Assembly (NCBI GenBank): GCA_035534615.1
Contig: DATLRO010000068.1
Location: 3,432-67,431 of the forward strand
DNA: 64,000 nucleotides
Reading direction: 5' to 3'
DNA from: Vicinamibacterales bacterium
GTDB lineage: Bacteria > Acidobacteriota > Vicinamibacteria > Vicinamibacterales > CAVVIG01
Positions 52,101-62,198 of the stretch are shown here, piece after piece. The notes under the pieces were generated by a model. That model did no database searches. It had not been told where the DNA came from and saw only the letters and a list, made by a program, of their open reading frames with translations. Numbering within the stretch: position 1 is the stretch's first letter; the number at the start of each line of letters is the position of its first letter. A program made the position numbers and the translations under genes.

Positions 52101-53270
52101 ATGAAACGGATTGCGATTCTCGGGTCCACCGGATCCATCGGGCGCAGCGCGCTGTCGGTCGTCGAGCAGCAGGCGGACCGGCTGCAGGTGGTCGGCCTCG
52201 CCGGCGGGGCGAACGCCGGGCTCCTGGCGGCGCAGATCGAACGGTTCCGCCCGGCGGCGGCGGCCATGGCGACGCCGGGCGCCGTCGACGCGCTGCGGCA
52301 GCTGGCGCCGGCCGGGCTGCCGTCCGACATCGGCGTCGGGCGGGAAGGGCTGGTCGCGGTGGCCACGCATCCCGGTGTGGACATCGTGCTGTGCGCGTCG
52401 GCCGGGACCGACGGCCTGGAGGCGGTGCTGGCGGCGATCGAGGCGGGCAAGACGATCGCCCTGGCCAACAAGGAAGTGCTCGTGATGGCGGGCGCGATCG
52501 TCACGGCCGCGGCCGCGCGGCGCGGCGTGCGCCTGCTGCCGGTCGACAGCGAGCACAACGCCATTCACCAGTGCCTGCACGGCCGGGCGCCCGCCGAGGT
52601 GCGCCGGCTGGTGCTCACGGCGTCGGGCGGGCCGTTCCGCGGGCGGGCGGCGGCCGAGCTGCGGCGCGTCACCCCCGAGGACGCGCTCAGGCACCCGACG
52701 TGGCGCATGGGCCGGAAGATCACCATCGATTCGGCGACCCTGATGAACAAGGGGCTGGAGGTGATCGAGGCGCGCTGGCTGTTCGACATGCCGGCCGACC
52801 GGATCGACGTCGTCGTGCATCCGCAGTCGGTCGTGCATTCCATGGTGGAGTACGTGGACGGATCGGTCATCGCGCAGCTGGGCGTCACCGACATGCGGCT
52901 GCCGATCCAGTACGCGTTCTCGTATCCGGAGCGCTGGTCGGCGCCCGTGCCCCGGCTCGATCTCGTGCGGTGCGGCCGGCTGGAGTTCGACGAGCCCGAC
53001 CGGGAGAACTTCCCGTGCCTGGGCCTGGCGTATCGCGCGCTGCAGGGGGACGCCGGCCTGCCCGTCGTGCTCAATGCCGCCAACGAAGTCGCCGTCGCGT
53101 CGTTCCTCGAGGGGCAGATCCCGTTCATGGCGATTGCCGAGCTGATCGCCGAGGCGATCGACGCCTACCGACCCCGGCCGGTGCAGACGCTCGCGGAAGT
53201 CCGCGGGGTGGACGCCTGGGCGCGGGCCCATTCCCAGGAGCTGGTCCGGCGCCTGGAACTGAAGCGATGA
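52101..53270 (+). CDS. dxr: 1-deoxy-D-xylulose 5-phosphate reductoisomerase
   Basis: ILGSTGSIG, LANKE, DSEH.A, HP.W.MG.KI.IDSAT. Confidence 0.95.
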   Translation: MKRIAILGSTGSIGRSALSVVEQQADRLQVVGLAGGANAGLLAAQIERFRPAAAAMATPGAVDALRQLAPAGLPSDIGVGREGLVAVATHPGVDIVLCASAGTDGLEAVLAAIEAGKTIALANKEVLVMAGAIVTAAAARRGVRLLPVDSEHNAIHQCLHGRAPAEVRRLVLTASGGPFRGRAAAELRRVTPEDALRHPTWRMGRKITIDSATLMNKGLEVIEARWLFDMPADRIDVVVHPQSVVHSMVEYVDGSVIAQLGVTDMRLPIQYAFSYPERWSAPVPRLDLVRCGRLEFDEPDRENFPCLGLAYRALQGDAGLPVVLNAANEVAVASFLEGQIPFMAIAELIAEAIDAYRPRPVQTLAEVRGVDAWARAHSQELVRRLELKR

Positions 53271-53280
53271 GGTTGTTCCG

Positions 53281-54597
53281 GTGATTACTCTGCTCGCCTT
53301 CGCGTTCGTCATCGGTGTGCTGGTGTTCGTGCACGAGTTCGGCCACTTCCTGATGGCCCGCCGCGTCGGCGTCCGCGTGGTCACCTTTTCGCTGGGCTTC
53401 GGACCCAAGCTGCTGAAGACCACGCGCGGCGACACGGAGTACTGCATCAGCGCCATTCCGCTCGGCGGCTACGTCAAGATGGCGGGCGACAACCCGGAGG
53501 AGGAGCGGAGCGGGGCGCCCGACGAGTTCCTGTCCAAGACGAAGTGGCAGCGGTTCCAGGTGCTCGTGATGGGCCCCGCCATGAACATCCTGCTGGCGGT
53601 CGTCCTCCTGGCCATCGTCCTGATGAACGGGGCGACCGTGCCGGCGTACCAGGACCAGCCGCCGGTGGTCGGGACGGTCGCGGCCGGCTCCCCGGCGGCG
53701 ACCGTCGGGATCCAGCCCGGCGATCGGATCCTGTCGGTCGACGGCAACCGGGTGGACACGTGGGATGCGTTCTACACGGCCGTCGGCACGCATGCGAACC
53801 GTGCGATCCCGATCGTCGTGCTGCGGCACGGCCAGCCGATCTCCCTGCAGATCACGCCGCAGGGACGGACCGAGTTCGAGATCGGCGAGATCGGCGTCCT
53901 GCCGGACGTGCATCCGTTCATCCAGTCGGTGCTCCCCGGCGATCCCGCCGCACGGGCCGGCCTGCAGCCGGGCGACGTCGTGATCGCCGTCGACGGCAAG
54001 ACGATTACGTTCGCGCAGCAGCTGTCGGCCGCCATCTCGCCGCACGCCGGCGAGCCGGTCACGCTGACCGTCGACCGGCACGGCGCCCGCCGGGACGTCC
54101 AGGTGACGCCGAAGCCGCAGGGGAAGGTCGGTCTGATCGGCGTGACGATCGGCGACGCGGTGAAGACGTTCAAACCCGGACCGCTCCAGGCCATCGGCCT
54201 GAGCTTCGAGAAGAACTACCAGTACTCGATCCTGATCGGCCAGACGGTGTGGGGGCTGATCACCCGCCAGATCTCGGCGAAGCAGCTGATGGGGCCGGTG
54301 GCGATTGCCCAGCTGTCGGGTGAATCCGCGCGCGCCGGCTGGATTGCGCTCTTCAGCCTGATGGCCTCCATCAGCCTCAACCTCGGCCTGCTCAACCTGC
54401 TGCCGATCCCCGTGCTCGACGGCGGGCACATCTTCGTCATGCTGCTCGAGGGGATCGCCCGCCGCGATTTCAGCGTCCGGGTCAAGGAGAAGATCTTCCT
54501 CGCGGGCTTCGCCTTCCTGATGATGCTGATGGTCACCGTCATCTACAACGACCTGACCCGCATCCCCTGGATCGACCGCTTCCTGCCGTGGAAGTGA
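53281..54597 (+). CDS. rseP: RIP metalloprotease RseP (site-2 protease)
   Basis: HEFGHF, PDZ domains, NLLPIPVLDGGH. GTG start. Confidence 0.92.
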   Translation: MITLLAFAFVIGVLVFVHEFGHFLMARRVGVRVVTFSLGFGPKLLKTTRGDTEYCISAIPLGGYVKMAGDNPEEERSGAPDEFLSKTKWQRFQVLVMGPAMNILLAVVLLAIVLMNGATVPAYQDQPPVVGTVAAGSPAATVGIQPGDRILSVDGNRVDTWDAFYTAVGTHANRAIPIVVLRHGQPISLQITPQGRTEFEIGEIGVLPDVHPFIQSVLPGDPAARAGLQPGDVVIAVDGKTITFAQQLSAAISPHAGEPVTLTVDRHGARRDVQVTPKPQGKVGLIGVTIGDAVKTFKPGPLQAIGLSFEKNYQYSILIGQTVWGLITRQISAKQLMGPVAIAQLSGESARAGWIALFSLMASISLNLGLLNLLPIPVLDGGHIFVMLLEGIARRDFSVRVKEKIFLAGFAFLMMLMVTVIYNDLTRIPWIDRFLPWK

Positions 54598-54717
54598 GGC
54601 GGGCCGCCGGGTCGCGCCCATCCGGAACGGGCAGGCGGGCGCCCGGGGCGCGCCCCGCGGGGGTATGATGGGAAAGCGGCGTCAGTCCTCATCCTGACCA
54701 TATCGACAGAGGTTTCC

Positions 54718-55647
54718 ATGCGACGACTGCATTTCGCCTTCGGACTTGCCGTGGTGCTGGGGCTCGGCGTGGCCGCGCCGCGGGCGATGGCGCGCAGCGG
54801 GGCGCAGGCCGGTGTCGCGGCGGTGAGCCGCGCCGACATCCAGAGACTTCAGGACAAGGTCGTCGAGATCCGGCACGAGATCGTCAAGGTGCGCGGGACC
54901 GACGCCGTCACGGCCGATCAGCTGCTGACGCGCCTCGATCATCTGCACGACGACGTGATCTACCTGCAGGTCAAATTGCGCAAGGAAGGGCGGGTCACGC
55001 ACCAGGAATACGGCGATCTGAACGGCCGTCTCGAGGACCTGCGCGCCGCGGTGCTCGCGGCCGGGCACCCCGCGCCGCCGCCCGCCGCGGCCCCGGCGCC
55101 CGCCCCCGCCGCCGAGGCGCCGTCATCGGTCTCCCGGCAGGTCTTCCGTGAGGTGCCGGTCGGCACCGAGCTCGATGCGCGGCTGGAAACGACGCTCAGT
55201 TCCGGCACGGCGGAGGTCGAAGACAAGGTCGAAGCGACGACCGAGGTCGATCTCAGCGGGAACGGCCGCGTGCTGATCCCGGCCGGCTCCGTCATGCGGG
55301 GCGTCGTGTCGGCGGTCACCAAGGCGACCCGGCTGGATCGCAAGGGGCAGCTCACGCTCAGCTTCGACCGGATCACGATCAACGGCGTGACCTACGAGAT
55401 GCACGGCGTCGTGACGAAGGCGAGCGACGGGTTGAAGGGGGAGGCCGGCAAGATCGGGACCGGCGCCGGCGTCGGCGCCATCATCGGCGGCCTGCTCGGC
55501 GGCTTCAAGGGGGTGCTCGCCGGCGTGCTGATCGGCGGCGGCGGCATGGTGGCCGCCACGCCGGGCAAGGACGTCGAGCTGCCGGCCGGCACGATCCTCC
55601 GCGTGCGCATCGACTCGCCGCTGACGGTGGTGCCGCAGAAGAACTGA
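54718..55647 (+). CDS. secreted hypothetical protein with C-terminal glycine-zipper
   Basis: Signal peptide ..APRAMA, coiled-coil-like N-terminal half, Ala/Pro linker, GAGVGAIIGGLLGGFKGVLAGVLIGGGG. Confidence 0.6.
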   Translation: MRRLHFAFGLAVVLGLGVAAPRAMARSGAQAGVAAVSRADIQRLQDKVVEIRHEIVKVRGTDAVTADQLLTRLDHLHDDVIYLQVKLRKEGRVTHQEYGDLNGRLEDLRAAVLAAGHPAPPPAAAPAPAPAAEAPSSVSRQVFREVPVGTELDARLETTLSSGTAEVEDKVEATTEVDLSGNGRVLIPAGSVMRGVVSAVTKATRLDRKGQLTLSFDRITINGVTYEMHGVVTKASDGLKGEAGKIGTGAGVGAIIGGLLGGFKGVLAGVLIGGGGMVAATPGKDVELPAGTILRVRIDSPLTVVPQKN

Positions 55648-55679
55648 CGCGGATGACGCGAGCAGCGAAAATCCGCCGC

Positions 55680-56978
55680 TCACGTCCTCAGGCTCTCTCG
55701 CATCGCGTCCCGTGCCGCCGCGACGGTCAGGTCGATGTCCTTGACCGTGTGCGCGGCCGACAGGAACCAGGCTTCGAACTGTGACGGCGGCGGATAGACG
55801 CCGCGGGCCAGCATGCCCTGGAAGAACCGGCCGTAGGCGGCGGCGTCGGCGGTGAGCGCCGAGCGATAGTCGCGCACCGGGCGGTCGGTGAAGAACGGCG
55901 TCAGGACCGAGCCGAAGGCGTTCACCTGCAAGGCGACGCCCGCCCCGCGCGCGGCCTCCGCCAGGCCGCCGGCGAGGCGCTCGCCGAGGCGGGCGAGGTG
56001 GCGGTAGAGCGCCGGCTTCAGCTGATTCAGGCTCCAGAGCCCCGCGGTCATCGCCAGCGGATTCCCCGACAGCGTGCCGGCCTGATAGACCGGTCCGGAC
56101 GGCGCCACCTGCGCCATCAGATCGGCGCGGCCCCCGTAGGCGCCGACCGGAAGCCCGCCGCCGATGATCTTGCCCAGGCAGGTCAGGTCGGGCTTCACCC
56201 CCGCAATCCGCTGCGCGCCGCCGGCGGACGCGCGGAACCCGGAAATCACTTCGTCGAAGATGAGCAGCAGGCCGTGCGCGTCGCACAGCTGCCGCAGGCC
56301 GGCCAGGAAGCCGGCCGCCGGCGGCACGACCCCCATGTTGCCGGCGATCGGCTCGACGATGATCGCGGCAATCGTGCCCCGGTGCCGCTCGCAGAGCGCG
56401 CGGCACCCGTCGAGATCGTTGTAGTCGGCCAGCAGCGTGTCGCCGATCGCGCCGGCCGGCACCCCCGGGCTGGTCGGGACGCCGAGCGTCGTCGCCCCCG
56501 ACCCGGCCTGGACGAGGAACGGATCGCCGTGGCCGTGGTAGCAGCCGGCGAACTTGACGATGCGGTCGCGGCCGGTGGCCGCGCGGGCGAGCCGGACCGC
56601 GCTCATCGCCGCCTCGGTGCCGGAATTCACGAAGCGGACCCGCTCGATCGACGGCATCAGCCTGCGGACCTGCTCGCCGAGCTCCACCTCGAGCGCCGTC
56701 GGCGCGCCGTAGCTCGTGCCGCGCCGCACGGCGGCCGTCAGCGCGCGCACCAGCCCTTTCGGCGCGTGGCCGTGGATGAGCGGCCCCCACGACATGACGT
56801 AGTCGACGTAGCGGTTGCCGTCGACGTCCGTGAGGCGGGCGCCCGAGGCGCTGGCGATGAACAGCGGCGTGCCGCCGACCGCCGTGAAGGCCCGGACCGG
56901 GCTGTCGACGCCGCCCGGCAGAATCTTCCGGGCGCGGGTGAAGAGCTTCGCAGACTGACGCGTGCGCAGACGAGGCAT
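55680..56978 (-). CDS. hemL: glutamate-1-semialdehyde 2,1-aminomutase
   Basis: LPGGVDSPVRAF, DEV.SGFR, K-containing PLP site (LGKIIGGG). ATG at 56978 inside the longer track ORF. Confidence 0.95.
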   Translation of the reverse strand: MPRLRTRQSAKLFTRARKILPGGVDSPVRAFTAVGGTPLFIASASGARLTDVDGNRYVDYVMSWGPLIHGHAPKGLVRALTAAVRRGTSYGAPTALEVELGEQVRRLMPSIERVRFVNSGTEAAMSAVRLARAATGRDRIVKFAGCYHGHGDPFLVQAGSGATTLGVPTSPGVPAGAIGDTLLADYNDLDGCRALCERHRGTIAAIIVEPIAGNMGVVPPAAGFLAGLRQLCDAHGLLLIFDEVISGFRASAGGAQRIAGVKPDLTCLGKIIGGGLPVGAYGGRADLMAQVAPSGPVYQAGTLSGNPLAMTAGLWSLNQLKPALYRHLARLGERLAGGLAEAARGAGVALQVNAFGSVLTPFFTDRPVRDYRSALTADAAAYGRFFQGMLARGVYPPPSQFEAWFLSAAHTVKDIDLTVAAARDAMRESLRT

Positions 56979-57000
56979 GGGGAAACGATAACACGGTCGT

Positions 57001-57192
57001 CGGTCTACGGCCTTCGGTCTACGGTCCAATCCGTCTCCAGTCGTCAGTCTGCGGTCAACGGTCCAATCCGTCTCCAGTCTCCGGTCTCCGGTCCTGGAAC
57101 GGATCTGACGCAACGCATGGAGGAGAAGCTGGCCCTCGAACGAGCACCAGCCTCAGGACCGTAGACGGGAGACCGGAGACGGGAGACCGGGG
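57001..57192. repeat. intergenic array of CGGTCT(A/C)C-type short tandem repeats with inverted partner array
   Basis: Direct repeats: cggtctacgg x2, acggtccaatccgtctccagt x2 (57021-57041 and 57058-57078), gtctccg x2. The right end ggaccgtagacgggagaccggagacgggagaccgg is the approximate reverse complement. An 11-bp pairing joins 57017-57027 with 57156-57166. Confidence 0.65.
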
Positions 57193-57193
57193 A

Positions 57194-58186
57194 TCATCGA
57201 AGCCCCCGCGCGGCCTCTCTCGCGTAGTAGGTGATGATCATGTCGGCGCCGGCGCGATGGATCGCGGTGAGCGTCTCCATCATGGCGCGCGGCTCGTCGA
57301 TCCAGCCGTTGCGGGCGGCCGCCTTCAGCATGCTGTATTCGCCGCTCACGTGGTACGCCGCGGTCGGGTAGCCGAACTCCGCCTTCACGCGCGTGATGAC
57401 GTCGAGGTAGGTGACGGCCGGCTTCACCATGACGATGTCGGCCCCTTCCTCGATGTCCTGTTCGACCTCGCGGAGCGCTTCCTCCGCGTTCGCCGGATCC
57501 ATCTGGTGCGTCCGCCGGTCGCCGAATTTCGGCGCCGAGCCGGCCGCGTCGCGGAACGGCCCGTAGAAGGCCGACCAGTACTTCGCCGCGTACGACATGA
57601 TCGCCACGCGCGTGAAGCCGCGCGCGTCGAGCGCCTCGCGGATGGCGCCCACCCGGCCGTCCATCATGTCGGACGGCGCCACGACGTCCGCCCCGGCCTC
57701 GGCGTGCGAGACCGCCGCACGGACGAGCTGGGCCACGGTCGGATCGTTCACGATCTCGCCGTGCTCGACGATGCCGCAGTGGCCGTGCGACGTGTACTCG
57801 CACAGGCAGACGTCGGTCATCACGACCGTCTCCGGCGACGCCCGCTTGATGGCCCGGACCGCCGCCTGCACGGGGGCCCCGGCCGCGTAGGCGGCCGATC
57901 CGATCTCGTCCTTCTCGTCGGGGATGCCGAAGAGGATCACCGCCGGCACGCCGTCGGCCCGCGCCGCCTCCGCTTCGCGGACGGCTTCGTCGACCGACAG
58001 CTGGAACACGCCCGGCATCGACGGCACTTCCCGCCGCACCCCTTCGCCCTCGCAGACGAACAGCGGGTAGATGAACATCTCCGGTGACAGCCGCGTCTCG
58101 CGCACGAGCGCCCGCAGCCCGGCCGACTGCCGGAGCCGGCGGTGGCGGCGGGAAAGCTGGAGGCTGGTGCGAATATCGATCGCCAT
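57194..58186 (-). CDS. hemB: porphobilinogen synthase
   Basis: [21 protein letters not shown] zinc site, [17 protein letters not shown]. Confidence 0.95.
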   Translation of the reverse strand: MAIDIRTSLQLSRRHRRLRQSAGLRALVRETRLSPEMFIYPLFVCEGEGVRREVPSMPGVFQLSVDEAVREAEAARADGVPAVILFGIPDEKDEIGSAAYAAGAPVQAAVRAIKRASPETVVMTDVCLCEYTSHGHCGIVEHGEIVNDPTVAQLVRAAVSHAEAGADVVAPSDMMDGRVGAIREALDARGFTRVAIMSYAAKYWSAFYGPFRDAAGSAPKFGDRRTHQMDPANAEEALREVEQDIEEGADIVMVKPAVTYLDVITRVKAEFGYPTAAYHVSGEYSMLKAAARNGWIDEPRAMMETLTAIHRAGADMIITYYAREAARGLR

Positions 58187-58212
58187 GAAACACCCTTGTT
58201 CCCTGTGAGTCT

Positions 58213-58257
58213 GCGAACGCCCGAACGCCCGAGCGCCGAGCCCTGAGTCCCGAGTCC
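58213..58257. repeat. short tandem 7-8 nt repeats (CGAACGCC / GAGTCCC)
   Basis: gcgaacgcc cgaacgcc cgagcgcc gagccc tgagtccc gagtccc, between hemB and cobA/hemD. Confidence 0.5.
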
Positions 58258-59796
58258 CTACGTTCTCACCCCCGCATAATGCGCGACGATGGCGTCCACC
58301 AGATCCGGCACGGTGTAGCGGGCCGGCATGATGTCGGTCCGGATGCCGTACTCGGCCGCGGCGTCGGCGGTCACCGGGCCGATCGCCGCCACCAGCGTCG
58401 TCTGCAGCAGGTCGGCCACCTGCTCGGCGCCGATCTGCCGCACGAAGCTCCGGACGGTCGACGCGCTGGTGAACGTGACGACGTCGATCCGCCGGTCCAG
58501 CAGCATCCGGTAGAGATCCGGCTGGCCCTCGGCGTCCGGCTCGACCGGCAGCGTGCGGTAGGCCTTGACCTCGGTGACGTCCGCGCCGAGCCGGCGCAGC
58601 TCCTCGGCCAGCAGTTCGCGCGCGATGTCGGCGCGCGGGAGCAGAATCCGGCGCCCCGTGAGATCGCCGGTGGCGGCCAGCGCCTCGACGACCGCCTCGG
58701 CGCGGTACTCGGCCGGCGTCAGGTCGACCTTGAGGCCGAGCTGCGCGATCCGCGCGGCCGTCGCCGGTCCGATGGCGCACAGCCGTACGCCCTTCAGATC
58801 GCGCAGGTCGCCCGGTCCGGCCAGCAGGCGCTCGAAGAACCGCGCCACGCCGTTCGCGCTCGTGAACACGATCCAGTCGAACCCGCCGGCGCGGCGGCAC
58901 GCCTCGTCCAGCGGCGCCTCGTCGTCCGGAGGGACGATCCGGATGAGCGGGGCCTCGATGGTGTCCGCGCCGAAATCCTCCAGCAGTTCGACCAGCTCGC
59001 CCGCCTGCTCGCGCGGCCGCGTCACGGCGATGCGGCGCCCGAAGAGCGGGCGGGCGTCGAACCAGCGGAGATGGTCCCGCAGGCCGACCACGCGGCCGAC
59101 CACGAGCAGCGCCGGCCGGCGCTGGCCCGGCTGCGCGGCCGCGGCCGCGATGTCGGCGAGCGAGCCCTGGATCGTCTGCTGGCCCGCGAGGGTGCCGCTG
59201 TAGATGAGCGCGGCCGTTTCGTCCGGCGGCCGGCCGTGGGCGAGGAGCGCCTCGGCGATGCCCGGCAGCTGGTGCGCGCCCGCGTAGCAGGCGAGCGTGC
59301 CGTCCAGGCGGGCGAGGCTGTGCCAGTCGACCTCCGGCAGCGTCCGGCCTTCGCCTTCGTGTCCGCGAATCAGGGTGACCGTGTCCCCGCCGCCGGGGTG
59401 GCTCAGCGGAATGCCGGCATAGGCGGCCGCGCCCACGTCGGCAGGCACGCCGGGAATCACCTCGAAGCGGACGCCCTGTTCGTGCAGGAACAGCGCCTCC
59501 TCGCCGGTCGTCCCGAAAACGAACGGATCGCCCCACTTGAGGCGCGCCACCCGCCGGCCCTCGCCCGCCTTTTCCAGCAGGAGGTAGCAGATCGCTTCCT
59601 GATCGAGCGGCTGCGGCGCCGTCAGGCCGACGTCGATCAGCTCGGCGTCCGCGCGCGCTTCGCGCAGCAGCTTTGGATGGACGAGGTGATCGTGCAGCAC
59701 GACGTCGGCGGTCCGGAGGACGCGCAGGCCGCGTGCGGTGATGAGGTCCGGTGCGCCCGGGCCGGCGCCGATCAGAAATACCTGGGCGCCGCTCAC
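58258..59796 (-). CDS. fused uroporphyrinogen-III C-methyltransferase / uroporphyrinogen-III synthase
   Basis: N-terminal half [20 protein letters not shown] (CobA/SUMT). C-terminal half HemD-like. GTG start overlapping the hemC stop. Confidence 0.9.
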   Translation of the reverse strand: MSGAQVFLIGAGPGAPDLITARGLRVLRTADVVLHDHLVHPKLLREARADAELIDVGLTAPQPLDQEAICYLLLEKAGEGRRVARLKWGDPFVFGTTGEEALFLHEQGVRFEVIPGVPADVGAAAYAGIPLSHPGGGDTVTLIRGHEGEGRTLPEVDWHSLARLDGTLACYAGAHQLPGIAEALLAHGRPPDETAALIYSGTLAGQQTIQGSLADIAAAAAQPGQRRPALLVVGRVVGLRDHLRWFDARPLFGRRIAVTRPREQAGELVELLEDFGADTIEAPLIRIVPPDDEAPLDEACRRAGGFDWIVFTSANGVARFFERLLAGPGDLRDLKGVRLCAIGPATAARIAQLGLKVDLTPAEYRAEAVVEALAATGDLTGRRILLPRADIARELLAEELRRLGADVTEVKAYRTLPVEPDAEGQPDLYRMLLDRRIDVVTFTSASTVRSFVRQIGAEQVADLLQTTLVAAIGPVTADAAAEYGIRTDIMPARYTVPDLVDAIVAHYAGVRT

Positions 59797-60770
59797 GGCT
59801 GCAGTCCTTCGATGGCCGCCTGCGCGCGCCGCACCTCGGCCAGCAGCTCGCCGGCGCCGTCCTTCAGCAGCGCCTCCGCCACCCGGGCCCCGAGGCCTTC
59901 CGGATCGTCCTTCGGCCCGCGCGCGCGGTGGTGCAGGGCGCGGGCGCCGTCGATCGACAGGACGACGGCCCGCAGGTCCAGGTCGTCGCCGGCGGCCTGC
60001 GCCAGCGCCCCGAGCGGCATCTGGCAGCCGCCGCCGAGCGCGCGGACGAGCGCCCGCTCGGCCGCCAGCGCCCGAGAAGTCACCGCATCGTCGATCGACG
60101 AGACCGCGGCGTGCGTGCGGCCGTCGCCCGCGCGGATCTCGACGGCGATGATCCCCTGGCCCGGCGCCGGGACGCAGGCGGAGGCCGGCAGGGGGGCGGT
60201 GATGCGGGAGGCGAATCCGAGCCGGTACAGGCCGGCGGCGGCCAGCACGAGGGCGTCGTGCTGGCCCTCGTCCAGCTTCCGGAGGCGGGTGTCGAGATTG
60301 CCGCGGACGCCGGCGAACTGCGCGTTCGGCGCGAGGCGGCGCAGCTGGGCCACGCGGCGGACGCTGCCGGTGCCGATGCGCGGCGCGCCTCCCAGCGCGG
60401 CGACGAGCGCGTCGAGCGTGGGCGACGCCGGCACGGCGGCCCCCGCCGGCAGCACCAGGGCATCGCGCGGGTCCTCGCGCGGCAGCACGGCCGCGATTGC
60501 CAGCCCGTCGGGCAGCACGGCCGGCATGTCCTTGCTGCTGTGCACCGCCAGGTCGATCCGGTCGCCGAGCAGCGCGTCTTCGAGCTCCTTGACGAACAGG
60601 CGCTTGCCGCCCACGTCGGCCAGCGGGGCGTCCTGCAGCCGGTCGCCGCTGGTCTGGATGATGACCACCTCGCAGGCCGGGCCGCCGGCCGCGGCGATGC
60701 GCGCCGCCACCGTCCGGGCCTGGTACCTGGCGAGCTGGCTGCCGCGCGTCCCCAGGCGCAGGCTACTCAT
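59793..60770 (-). CDS. hemC: hydroxymethylbilane synthase
   Basis: [27 protein letters not shown]. Confidence 0.95.
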   Translation of the reverse strand: MSSLRLGTRGSQLARYQARTVAARIAAAGGPACEVVIIQTSGDRLQDAPLADVGGKRLFVKELEDALLGDRIDLAVHSSKDMPAVLPDGLAIAAVLPREDPRDALVLPAGAAVPASPTLDALVAALGGAPRIGTGSVRRVAQLRRLAPNAQFAGVRGNLDTRLRKLDEGQHDALVLAAAGLYRLGFASRITAPLPASACVPAPGQGIIAVEIRAGDGRTHAAVSSIDDAVTSRALAAERALVRALGGGCQMPLGALAQAAGDDLDLRAVVLSIDGARALHHRARGPKDDPEGLGARVAEALLKDGAGELLAEVRRAQAAIEGLQP

Positions 60771-62139
60771 CGTCCGCTCCCGGGAAGGCGCGGCTCCGTC
60801 CGGGGTAGCGCCGGGCGCGGTGTCGATCGGCCGGGTCCCCGGCCTCGTCCGGCGGCGTGGCGGCGCCGGCCCCGTCGTGGTCGAGGTCGAACAGGTGGCT
60901 GACCGCGTCGGCGTACAGCGTCATCGTCTCGGAGTCGGGCAACGCCTTGAGCTGCTCGGTCGGGCCGATGAGGAGTTTCTCGACCAGCAGCCGCGTGATC
61001 TCGTCGACGCGGGCGCGCGCGTCGGGCGGCAGGCCGGCGAGCTTCGGCTCGAGCCGCTGCAGCTCCGAGCGCCGGATCGCCTCGAACCGCTGCCGCAGGG
61101 CGACGACGGTCGGCACGGCGCTGCGCGCGCGCAGCCACGCGGCGAACCGGCCGACTTCCTCGTCCACGATCGTCTCGGCGCTCGTCACTTCCCCTGACCG
61201 CCGCGACAGGTTCTCCTGCACGATCGCCTGCAGGTCGTCGATGTTGTAGAGGAACACCTGCTCGAGGCTGCCGGTCGTGGGATCGACGTCGCGCGGCAGC
61301 GCGATGTCGATGATGAACAGCGGCCGGTTCCGGTGCGGCCCCATCGCACCGGCCACCTGCGCGCGGTCGAGGATCGGCGTGGCCGAGCCGGTCGCCGTCA
61401 CGACGATGTCGGCCTCCGTCAGGGCCGCGGGCAGCGCCTCCCACGGCACGCCCACCGCCCCGTCGATCTGGTCGACCAGGGCGCTGGCGTGCGCGGCGGT
61501 CCGGCTCGTGATGACGATCTCGCGGATGCCCTGGCTCTTCAGATGAAGGGCGGTCAGCTTGCCCATCTCTCCCGCGCCGATCACCAGCACGCGCCGCCCT
61601 TTCAGATCCCCGAAGATCTTCCGGGCCAGCGAGACCGCGGCGTAACTGACCGAGACGGCCCCCTCCGCCAGCCCCGTCTCGGAGCGCACGCGCTTGCCGA
61701 CGGCGAACGAGGAATGGAACAGGCGTGTCAGGAGCGGGCCGGCGACCTGCTCCTCGGCGGCGGTGGCGAACGCCTCCTTCACCTGGCCCAGAATCTGCGG
61801 CTCGCCGACCACGAGGGAATCGAGGCCGGATGCGACCCGGAAGAGGTGCCGCACGGCGTCGGCGTCGAGCTGGTCGTAGAGATGCGGCGACAGTTCGGCG
61901 GCCGGCACGCCGTGGAACGCGCTCATGAACGCCACCAGATCCGCCTTCGCGCGCTCGGGGCTCTCGCACGCGACGTACAGCTCCGCCCGGTTACAGGTCG
62001 ACAGGACCACCGCCTCGCGGCTGGCGGGCCGCGCCGCGAGGGCCTGGAGCGCCGGCTTCAGGCGCGTCGAGAAATCGATCCGCTCCCGCATCTCGATGGG
62101 GGCCGTCCGATAACTGACGCCGACAAGCAGGATCTGCAT
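60763..62139 (-). CDS. hemA: glutamyl-tRNA reductase
   Basis: VGVSYRTAP, LSTCNRAELY, GAGEMG. ATG at 62139 inside the longer track ORF. Confidence 0.93.
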   Translation of the reverse strand: MQILLVGVSYRTAPIEMRERIDFSTRLKPALQALAARPASREAVVLSTCNRAELYVACESPERAKADLVAFMSAFHGVPAAELSPHLYDQLDADAVRHLFRVASGLDSLVVGEPQILGQVKEAFATAAEEQVAGPLLTRLFHSSFAVGKRVRSETGLAEGAVSVSYAAVSLARKIFGDLKGRRVLVIGAGEMGKLTALHLKSQGIREIVITSRTAAHASALVDQIDGAVGVPWEALPAALTEADIVVTATGSATPILDRAQVAGAMGPHRNRPLFIIDIALPRDVDPTTGSLEQVFLYNIDDLQAIVQENLSRRSGEVTSAETIVDEEVGRFAAWLRARSAVPTVVALRQRFEAIRRSELQRLEPKLAGLPPDARARVDEITRLLVEKLLIGPTEQLKALPDSETMTLYADAVSHLFDLDHDGAGAATPPDEAGDPADRHRARRYPGRSRAFPGADDE

Positions 62140-62198
62140 GCGTTGAGAGGGCCCGGGGGCGGCCGCCGCCGGAGCGGCCGCGCCGGGGGGCCCGCCGT

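Noticed and set aside
58279-61197. A 972-aa plus-strand ORF, plus similar long ORFs at 22743..25022(-), 24635..27367(-), 11087..13555(-), 46874..48661(+), 33149..34135(+) and 57194..59536(-) upstream of 58186.
   Set aside because: All are antisense or off-frame to genes with clear conserved motifs (hem genes, kinases, PBP4, TolC, CNNM). The translations are low-complexity. They were not called.
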